DNA from: Ignavibacteria bacterium
GTDB lineage: Bacteria > Elusimicrobiota > Endomicrobiia > PHAN01
Assembly: GCA_041694835.1 (NCBI GenBank)
Contig: JBGFRZ010000010.1
Span: 1-40,339 of the forward strand
Reading direction: 5' to 3'
DNA length: 40,339 nucleotides
Shown piece by piece: positions 27,403-34,224 of the stretch. The notes beneath the pieces were generated by a model, which worked only from the letters and a program-made list of their open reading frames with translations, did not search any database and was not told the origin of the DNA. The position numbers and the translations under genes are program-made. Position 1 is the first letter of the stretch. Every line of letters starts with the position of its first letter.

Positions 27403-29123
27403 GATTGTTGAATAAAATTTTGAGGCGGGTTATGACAGAAAACAGAGTTCGGAAAATAGTTCAAGGGTTCAAGAGTTCAAGAGTTCAAGAGTTAAAGGGT
27501 TTGAAACCCCACAACTATCTAACTCCCAAACTTCCCAACTCTTTCGCGGCCACCGGCTCTTACCTATTTACTATTTACTATTTGCTATTCGCTATTTGCT
27601 ACCTACTACCACCCTACCTTTTTTCTGCGCAGATTCATCCCAATGCGGGCACTACATCGGCAACGTTTCTAAAACTTCCTGTGGGCGCCCGGGCAGCTTC
27701 TCTATCAGGTTATATAGGGGGTGCGTCGGGTCCTTCTGCTATATATTGGAATCCGGCGGGGCTGGCGGATACAAGATCCAGCGAGTTTGAATTTTCACAC
27801 ACCGGGCACTTTCAGGAGATAAAACACGACTTCGTTGGATACATCCATCCGCTTAAAAAAGGAGCAGTTGGCTTTGGACTAATTTCTCTTTATGCTGGTG
27901 GTATCGAAGGAAGAAGCGGAGTGCTCGATTCTGATGAAAGATATGTCAATCTATATCAGGTGACAATGCCCGAATATCGCTACAGCGTCTCGGATATTGC
28001 GCCTAAGGTGGCTTATGCAGGAAAAATGAACAGCGATATTTCCCTCGGCGGTAATTTTAAGTTTATCCATCAAAGAATAGAGAATAACTCCGGGTATACA
28101 TTTGCAGCGGATTTTGGCGCTATATATAAACTCAATGAAGAAATTCGACTTGGCGCTGTTTTGAAAAATATAGGTCCTGGCATAAAATTTGTGGAAAAAT
28201 TTTATATATTGCCAATGGAACTTGGCGCTGGACTTTTGTACCAGAACAAAAAATTCGGTGTTTCGCTTGATGCTGTTCAGCCAATAGACAACTATTTAAT
28301 AACTTCTCTGGGTTTTGAGTATTCGCCAATTGTTCATCTTTCATTGCGCGGTGGTTATAGATATCGGCTTTATGGTTGGAGATTGGGAAATTATGCGGGG
28401 GTTTCTTGCGGCTTCGGAATAAATTTTTACGGAACAAAAATAGACTATGCTCTAAGCTCATACGGCGATCTTGGTCTTTCGCACAGGTTTTCAGTTGGGG
28501 TTGAGTTTGCTCAAGTTGGAGGTCTGTATAAATTTTTAAGAGAGACCATAGGCTTGAGACAAAGGTCTGATGAGCGAAAAAAGAATGAAGAAAAGCCCGA
28601 AGTTTTAAGACCATTGCCGCTAAAGTTGGAAGAAAAAGGCGAACAAAATCTTGTCTCTTTATCGATGCCACGCGTTTTTTACAGTTATATCGCCGATATA
28701 AAACTTTCAAATGTAGATACGATAAATAAAATTTTTACATATAATGTTTCGGTTTCAACAACTCCCGACGGGGAACCACCTTTGTCTATGTTAAAAGGTA
28801 GAATAACGACCAGAAAAAGCCTCAATGACATAAAAACAACAGGATTTATCGTTGGAGTTTCAACGCAAGCATTTCGGATTGAGGATGAAGATGTAATGAA
28901 ACTCATAGAATTTGGTGAAGTTTTTGACCAGAAAATAATGTCTGCCGAGGTTTATATCAGCCCGTCAACAGACTCTCGTGATGTCAATATATATTCTTTT
29001 GAAAATGACGAACCTAAAAAGTTGAGTTATGAAAAAGTAGTGTTATCCATTGACGAGAAACCATTATATAAGATAATGCTTGAGAAAGCCGAAAAAATTG
29101 CCATAACCTTGAAAACAAAGTAA
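27399..29123 (+). CDS. PorV/PorQ-family outer-membrane beta-barrel protein with C-terminal extension
   Basis: Motifs 'FLKLPVGARAASL...SAIYWNPAGLA', 'GAVLKNIG', 'LSLRGGY' and 'IDYA..SYGDLG.SHRFS' are typical of PorV/PorQ-like proteins. The start is either TTG 27399 (overlapping the upstream TGA) or ATG 27432. Confidence 0.82.
   Translation: MRLLNKILRRVMTENRVRKIVQGFKSSRVQELKGLKPHNYLTPKLPNSFAATGSYLFTIYYLLFAICYLLPPYLFSAQIHPNAGTTSATFLKLPVGARAASLSGYIGGASGPSAIYWNPAGLADTRSSEFEFSHTGHFQEIKHDFVGYIHPLKKGAVGFGLISLYAGGIEGRSGVLDSDERYVNLYQVTMPEYRYSVSDIAPKVAYAGKMNSDISLGGNFKFIHQRIENNSGYTFAADFGAIYKLNEEIRLGAVLKNIGPGIKFVEKFYILPMELGAGLLYQNKKFGVSLDAVQPIDNYLITSLGFEYSPIVHLSLRGGYRYRLYGWRLGNYAGVSCGFGINFYGTKIDYALSSYGDLGLSHRFSVGVEFAQVGGLYKFLRETIGLRQRSDERKKNEEKPEVLRPLPLKLEEKGEQNLVSLSMPRVFYSYIADIKLSNVDTINKIFTYNVSVSTTPDGEPPLSMLKGRITTRKSLNDIKTTGFIVGVSTQAFRIEDEDVMKLIEFGEVFDQKIMSAEVYISPSTDSRDVNIYSFENDEPKKLSYEKVVLSIDEKPLYKIMLEKAEKIAITLKTK
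27459..27605 (+). repeat. Octamer (GTTCAAGR) and heptamer (CTATTTR) arrays in the 5' end of the PorV-like gene
   Basis: GTTCAAGR-type x5 at 27459-27498, AACTCCCA-like units at 27505-27536, CTATTTA/CTATTTG/CTATTCG units at 27564-27605. Confidence 0.88.
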
Positions 29124-29145
29124 CGAATGAAGGTAGAAAGATAGA

Positions 29146-29964
29146 ATGAACGCACATTTATATGAAAATTTTTCATACGAGAATCTGGCAATAAACATAT
29201 GTATTCACGGACAAATAAACGAAATATCCGAATTGGGCAAAGTGCATAGCATCAAAGTGATTTTGCTCAAAGGCGCCGCTATGATAGAGTTATTCCCCGA
29301 GTACAGCTTTATACGTTCCATGGAAGATATAGATATAGTTGTTTTCCAGAAGGATTACGAGCGATTCAGGTCGATGCTTGAAGATTCCGGTTATATTTCC
29401 GTCAAAGAAGATCCCTGTGCGATGTATCATCCGGACAAGAACGTCACAGTTGATATTTCTCGCGGATTGTGGTATATGAGCGAAAGTGAACTTGAAAGAT
29501 CGATAATTCCTCTATCTGATTACAACATTGAAGCGCGCTGTTATATTCTAAAACCGCAGGAATTGACAAGAAACATAATAATTCATTCGTGGATGCACGG
29601 AAGAACCGAGTATAAGTGGGATGAAGATGTGGAAAAATTGAAAAGTCGTTTCAATATAAGAATTGAAAGTTTGAATCTGCCATCCAACGTGATTGTTAAA
29701 TTCATCAAGAAAGGGAATTTATGTCACGCGGGGCACATAATAAAATTTCTGATTCTCCCTTTTGGAAAAAAAATTAACTATATCTTCGGGATGTTTTTTC
29801 CTGGAGATGCGTTTTTGAAAAGAAGATATAACTGCGGGAAAAGTTTTGTGGCTATCGGTAGTGCTTATGTTTTTAGATGGTTCAACTTGCTCTATAATTT
29901 CGCTGTTTTTTTCAGTAATGTCCTAAGGTGCCTTTTTTTAGAGCGATTTTTAAGACGCTCCTGA
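29146..29964 (+). CDS. Uncharacterised nucleotidyltransferase family protein (NTP_transf_5-like)
   Basis: 'VILLKGAA...R.M.DIDIVV' motif with a DxD metal-binding pair. Confidence 0.75.
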   Translation: MNAHLYENFSYENLAINICIHGQINEISELGKVHSIKVILLKGAAMIELFPEYSFIRSMEDIDIVVFQKDYERFRSMLEDSGYISVKEDPCAMYHPDKNVTVDISRGLWYMSESELERSIIPLSDYNIEARCYILKPQELTRNIIIHSWMHGRTEYKWDEDVEKLKSRFNIRIESLNLPSNVIVKFIKKGNLCHAGHIIKFLILPFGKKINYIFGMFFPGDAFLKRRYNCGKSFVAIGSAYVFRWFNLLYNFAVFFSNVLRCLFLERFLRRS

Positions 29965-30673
29965 AAAATACGACGGATAGAGGGAGCGTTAAAATACCGG
30001 TGACTATGGCGAACAAAAAATCAGGAGTGTCGATTTTACTTTCGAGCATGAGTGATCTGAAAAAAGAAAGAGAGCGTGTTGTCGGCAGGATTGCTGAAAT
30101 TCCATGAAGTTGGCGCGGCAGTGCGTCCGTCGGAAAATAAACCCCGCTTAAGATATCTATCAAACTTAAAGTCAGCCATCCAAGGGAATCGCCCCGTTTT
30201 AAGAGCAGGATAACCCCCGCGAGAAAAAGACCAAAACCGATAAAAACGATCGTTGCAATCGCCGCAAATCCAAAAAGATATACAAGTTTTTGAAGCGTAA
30301 AAGAAATCCCGAGCAACATTCCGATGGATATGTATGCGATGAGTTCAATAAAAAGGAAAAGAAATTTCGGCAATATAAGATAGATGTGTGTCAAAACCTC
30401 ATCTCCGGGGAATAAAATTAACCTTTCTATTGTTCCCCAGTATTGTTCCTGCCTGATGGCTTCATTCAGCGTAAGTAAAGAGTAGTAGATTATCCTAGAA
30501 AAAATTATCCCGAAGAATAGAAAATAAAAATACTCTCTGGAAATATATTTGCAAAGGAAATAGAAGATGACAAGATTGAACATCAGGGAAAAAATTTTTA
30601 GCGCGAAGTTTATCTTGTAAGATTTTTCTATGCACAATTCTCTGTAAAAGAAGCCGAGGAGTTTCGAATTCAT
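29912..30673 (-). CDS. ABC-2 type transporter permease
   Basis: About 6 hydrophobic segments, with 'EQYWGTIERL' and 'LSGVYFP..ALP' ABC-2 motifs. Overlaps the ATPase gene by 4 bp. Confidence 0.88.
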   Translation of the reverse strand: MNSKLLGFFYRELCIEKSYKINFALKIFSLMFNLVIFYFLCKYISREYFYFLFFGIIFSRIIYYSLLTLNEAIRQEQYWGTIERLILFPGDEVLTHIYLILPKFLFLFIELIAYISIGMLLGISFTLQKLVYLFGFAAIATIVFIGFGLFLAGVILLLKRGDSLGWLTLSLIDILSGVYFPTDALPRQLHGISAILPTTRSLSFFRSLMLESKIDTPDFLFAIVTGILTLPLSVVFFRSVLKIALKKGTLGHY

Positions 30674-31317
30674 ATTCGGTTTATGTCTCTGTTTTCAAGG
30701 TTGTAATGGAAGTGAGCGAGTTTTTTCACCTCGTTTGCATCGTGAGTTGCAAAAAATACGGTGGTCTTGCTTTCTTTGTTTAGAAATCCGATGAGTTCAT
30801 AAATTTTTTGCGATGTTTCCATATCTATCGACCTTGTCAGCTCGTCGAGAAGCAGTATCTCCGGTTTGTTTATTATCGCCGCCGCTATCGATAGCCTGTG
30901 CTTTATACCTGAAGAACAAACGGCGAATTTAGTGTCGAGAAAATCTTCAAGTGAAAGCTTTTCTATAACTTCATCCATCATGCTCGACCTCGCTTTGTAT
31001 ATGTAAGAGATGAATTTTATGTTTTCATATACGGACAACTGCGGATAAAATCCCAATTCTGGATTGATGACGACCCCGAACATCTTTTTAACTGATTTCC
31101 TTCTCCTTGTGGCGTCGACCCCGGATACGATAATTTTGCCAGCGTCCGGGAGAATAAGCCCCGCGAGTATTTTAATAAGGGTGGTTTTTCCCGAGCCATT
31201 TTTTCCGGTAACTGCGGTCACACTTTGTTTTTCAATTTTCAGATTGAGAGAGGTAAAAAGCGTTCGCCCGTTGAATGATTTTTTGAGATTTGAAACTTCA
31301 ATTATATGTTCAGCCAT
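30670..31317 (-). CDS. ABC transporter ATP-binding protein
   Basis: Walker A GKNGSGKTT, signature-like CSSG, Walker B LLLDE, H-loop ATHD. Confidence 0.92.
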   Translation of the reverse strand: MAEHIIEVSNLKKSFNGRTLFTSLNLKIEKQSVTAVTGKNGSGKTTLIKILAGLILPDAGKIIVSGVDATRRRKSVKKMFGVVINPELGFYPQLSVYENIKFISYIYKARSSMMDEVIEKLSLEDFLDTKFAVCSSGIKHRLSIAAAIINKPEILLLDELTRSIDMETSQKIYELIGFLNKESKTTVFFATHDANEVKKLAHFHYNLENRDINRI

Positions 31318-31341
31318 TCCCTGTCCTCTATCCTCTATCTG

Positions 31342-32619
31342 CTACTTAAATAATATGTTTGCCAACACGCCGAGTATTATGACTTGTGGCACCGTTATAA
31401 CGGGTAGCCAGATGGCGGATTTTTTTCCGATATTTGTCCAGATGAGGCCGATTTCGGTGTAATCAGTTGAGACACCCGCCATCAGGAAGACAAAACTGTT
31501 GCCGAGCGCGCCCGTCTGCTTAAAAATTTCAAAAGCGAGCGGCGCCGAACCCTCGGAACAAACTTCTATTATTGTTGCCAACACCAGAACGACCAAAAGT
31601 CCTAGTGCCGTCGGTCCCATATATTTGTGAAATATGTGCTGCGGTATATATGCTCCCACGATGCTTGAAATACCCATTCCAAGAAGGAGCCACCACAGAA
31701 CCATATTTGCCAACGCGACCGAACCATTAAATACACCTTTTATCTCTTTTAGCATAGCCGTCGCTGTAAAATTGTACGAAGCGATTCTTTTTTTCATGTC
31801 TTCCCATATAGAGAAATCCTCGTCTGTAGGGAGCGTGGTGATATTTTTTTCAATCAGGTTTTTACCTTCAAGATATTGAAAAATAAACCCTGTAACTATG
31901 GCTATGAATATTGCCGAAATTATTATATAAAACGCTTTTAAACCAAAAAATCCGACAAGCATTATAGTCATTGTGAAATTCGCCCATGGGCTTGCCAAAA
32001 GAAAACTTACGACGGAAGCGCTTGATGCGCCCTTTTTGTGGAGTTGAATTGAAATAGCGAGTATTCCGTGACTGCAGGCGCTGAACAAAAATCCGAGCAA
32101 AACCGAGTAAAAAATTGTTCTTTTTTTGGGTTTTGAAAGTACTTTTGAGATGTATTCTTTCGGGACGAGGTGGTCTATGATTCCTCCGAGTAAAAGCCCC
32201 AGAATCGCCGCCCACCAGATTTTGTTGAAATACATAAAAAATGAAATTCTGAATGGTTCAAGAAAGGGGAGAAAATAAGAAAGCGTCAGCAAGAATAAGA
32301 TCGCGGATGAGACGAGCAAAACTTTGTTTTTATAAAATTTTGATTCCGGCGCCACGCATGAAGGACATATCTCATCCCCGTTAGAGATTCTTTGTGAAAT
32401 TTGGTCAGAAGATAATACCCCCGAATGAATTCGGGGACCAGAACGTTCGCTTCGCTCACTTAACTTCGTATCCCGCATACTAACGGGAGCAATTTTATTT
32501 TCTTGGGCGAATTTATTTAAACAGCGCTGACTGCAAAAGTAAAATGTTCCGTTTTCCGTTGTAAGTTTAAGTTTGGTTTTTTCGTCAACTTGCATTCCGC
32601 AGATGGGGTCAGTTTTCAT
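31342..32619 (-). CDS. YHS-domain + ArsP/DUF318-like permease, carrying an in-frame repeat insertion
   Basis: N-terminal DPICGM...YFCS..C (YHS), followed by a multi-TM permease with 'ACSHG' and 'VCSEGSAP' motifs. Confidence 0.85.
   Translation of the reverse strand: MKTDPICGMQVDEKTKLKLTTENGTFYFCSQRCLNKFAQENKIAPVSMRDTKLSERSERSGPRIHSGVLSSDQISQRISNGDEICPSCVAPESKFYKNKVLLVSSAILFLLTLSYFLPFLEPFRISFFMYFNKIWWAAILGLLLGGIIDHLVPKEYISKVLSKPKKRTIFYSVLLGFLFSACSHGILAISIQLHKKGASSASVVSFLLASPWANFTMTIMLVGFFGLKAFYIIISAIFIAIVTGFIFQYLEGKNLIEKNITTLPTDEDFSIWEDMKKRIASYNFTATAMLKEIKGVFNGSVALANMVLWWLLLGMGISSIVGAYIPQHIFHKYMGPTALGLLVVLVLATIIEVCSEGSAPLAFEIFKQTGALGNSFVFLMAGVSTDYTEIGLIWTNIGKKSAIWLPVITVPQVIILGVLANILFK
32376..32487. 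mobile_element. Miniature inverted-repeat element inside the permease gene
   Basis: CCCGTTAG...CTAACGGG ends (32377-32487, 111 bp), with an internal hairpin CCCCGAAT-GA-ATTCGGGG (32419-32436). Confidence 0.7.
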
Positions 32620-32642
32620 TATTCAGATTAAAAATTTTGAAA

Positions 32643-32705
32643 CCACGAATTGACACGAATAACACGAAAATAAAACTATTTCGTGAAAATTTTGTTCATT
32701 AGTGG
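32643..32705. repeat. CACGAA(T) array with an imperfect inverted counterpart
   Basis: ccacgaat-tgacacgaat-aacacgaa ... ttcgtg...ttagtgg. Confidence 0.6.
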
Positions 32706-32735
32706 TTTATCATTTTAATGGCCTCCTGATATTAG

Positions 32736-32830
32736 TGCACAAGGCACAAGGCACAAGGGCACAAGTGCATAAGTCATCTGTCATCCATCATCCGTCATTC
32801 GTCATTTCCGCACACTATTCGCTATTTGCT
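32736..32830 (+). repeat. GCACAAG / (C)GTCAT / CTATTCG tandem arrays downstream of queA
   Basis: gcacaag-gcacaag-gcacaagg-gcacaagt-gcataagt ... ctattcg-ctatttg. Confidence 0.8.
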
Positions 32831-32839
32831 AGCCACTTC

Positions 32840-33928
32840 TTATATCACCAAAGTTGCGTCGCCGAAAGTGTAGAATCTGAATTTTTTTTCTATCGCGTAC
32901 TGATAAGCCCTGAGAACAAAGTCTTTGCCGGCAAAAGTAGAAACCAAAACCAGATGAGATGAGCGGGGGAGATGAAGATTGGTAATTAAGAGATTAACGA
33001 TTTTGAATTTGTAGCCCGGGGTGATAAAAAATGAAGTCATACCTTCGCCAGATTTAATCGCTCCATTTTGACCGACTGTCTCCAATGTTCTGACCACATC
33101 AGTGCCGCAGGCAATAACTCGCCTTCCTTCTTTTTTTGCGGCATTTATTTTTTGTGCGACTAAGTCAGAGACATTGTAGTACTCATCCGGCAAACGATGC
33201 TTTTCCACCGTGTCTTCTTTGATAGGGCGAAAGGTGCCCCATCCCATATGCAAAGTCAGGTAGACGATTTCTACTCCTTTCGCTTCTATTCTTTTTAATA
33301 GTTCAGTTGTGAAATGTAGGGCCGCGGTAGGGGCAGCAACAGAGCCCTCTTTTTTGGCATATACCGTCTGATATCTGTCGGGATTTATGAGAGGTTTTTT
33401 TATATAAAGCGGAAGGGGAACTTGTCCGTATTTTTCAAGAGCAAGTTGGGCTGTTTCAGACGAAGAAAATTCCACAATTCTGCTTCCGTCGGCAGTTTTT
33501 TCTAAAATTTTTACCCCGTTAGAGAACGCCATCCCGCAAGGCGGGACGACTTTATCCCGTTCGCCCTCGGGATTTTCTCTAACGGGGTGAACCGCTCTAT
33601 CTTCGCATAAGAATAGTTCCGTCCCCGATGGGACATTCGGCTTCACTAACGCCTCCCATCTGCCACCCCCTGAATTTTTTAACAAAAAAACTTCTGCTTT
33701 TCCGCCGGTGATTTTGCGCGCCGGAAGACGAACAGGTATGACTCTGCTATCGTTTAGAACTAAAATATCACCTTCTTTCAGATAGTTCAATATGTCGCCG
33801 AATTTTTCGTCGCGTACTGCTTGTTTTCTTCTTTCAAGAACCAATAGTTTAGAACTGTCCCTTGGCTCAATCGGCTCTTGAGCAATCAGTTCTTTGGGCA
33901 ACAAGTATTCAAACTCTTTTGTCTGCAT
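32840..33928 (-). CDS. queA: S-adenosylmethionine:tRNA ribosyltransferase-isomerase QueA, carrying an in-frame ~25-aa insertion
   Basis: 'LP.ELIAQ.P..PRD.S.LL', 'VLNDSRVIP.RL', 'RYQTVYA...GSVAAPTA.LHF', 'LITNLHLP.S' and 'FRFYTFGDA' motifs. Confidence 0.96.
   Translation of the reverse strand: MQTKEFEYLLPKELIAQEPIEPRDSSKLLVLERRKQAVRDEKFGDILNYLKEGDILVLNDSRVIPVRLPARKITGGKAEVFLLKNSGGGRWEALVKPNVPSGTELFLCEDRAVHPVRENPEGERDKVVPPCGMAFSNGVKILEKTADGSRIVEFSSSETAQLALEKYGQVPLPLYIKKPLINPDRYQTVYAKKEGSVAAPTAALHFTTELLKRIEAKGVEIVYLTLHMGWGTFRPIKEDTVEKHRLPDEYYNVSDLVAQKINAAKKEGRRVIACGTDVVRTLETVGQNGAIKSGEGMTSFFITPGYKFKIVNLLITNLHLPRSSHLVLVSTFAGKDFVLRAYQYAIEKKFRFYTFGDATLVI
33513..33588. mobile_element. Miniature inverted-repeat element inside queA
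   Basis: Perfect 14-bp terminal inverted repeats ACCCCGTTAGAGAA / TTCTCTAACGGGGT, with an internal hairpin TCCCGC-AAG-GCGGGA (33532-33546). Confidence 0.8.
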
Positions 33929-33946
33929 TTATACTGAATAGCAAAT

Positions 33947-34144
33947 AGCGAATAGCGGATAGAGATGAGAGAGCAGAGGTGAGAGATGAGAGAATAGCGA
34001 ATAGTGGATGGTGGCTGGTGACTGGAGGAAACGAGCCACGAACCACGAGCCACCGCTGCTCTGCTGCCCTGACTTGTGCTCTTATGCACTTGTGCTCTTG
34101 TGCCTTGTGCTCTTGTGCCCTTGTACCTTGTGCACTTGTGCTCT
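33947..34144 (-). repeat. Composite tandem-array repeat, copy 2 (upstream of queA)
   Basis: The reverse complement matches 24716-24869, differing mainly in unit copy number. Confidence 0.9.
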
Positions 34145-34152
34145 TGCTTTTT

Positions 34153-34176
34153 GCGGGATGGCAATCCCGCCGCTAC
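34153..34176 (-). repeat. GTAG-type REP-like hairpin
   Basis: Minus strand reads GTAGCG-GCGGGAT-TGCC-ATCCCGC. Confidence 0.7.
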
Positions 34177-34218
34177 CGATAACCGATTACTGATTACTGA
34201 TTACTGATTACTGATTAC
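34177..34218. repeat. Heptamer tandem array (YGATWAC)x6
   Basis: cgataac-cgattac-(tgattac)x4. Confidence 0.92.
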
Positions 34219-34224
34219 CTGTCT

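Noticed and set aside
34148-34170. Hairpin as an intrinsic terminator of the P-type ATPase gene
   Set aside because: On the transcribed minus strand the stem is followed by an A-run rather than a U-tract; it is better explained as a REP-like element.
33886-34193. Small ORFs 33886-34164, 33979-34182 and 34008-34193 (also 24591-24815, 24711-24971, 24725-25141, 32702-32962)
   Set aside because: They are translations of the tandem arrays in different frames, low complexity, and give no independent coding evidence.
33947-34218. Repeat clusters as a CRISPR array
   Set aside because: The units are 7-8 bp and directly tandem, with no 23-47-bp repeats separated by unique spacers and no cas genes.
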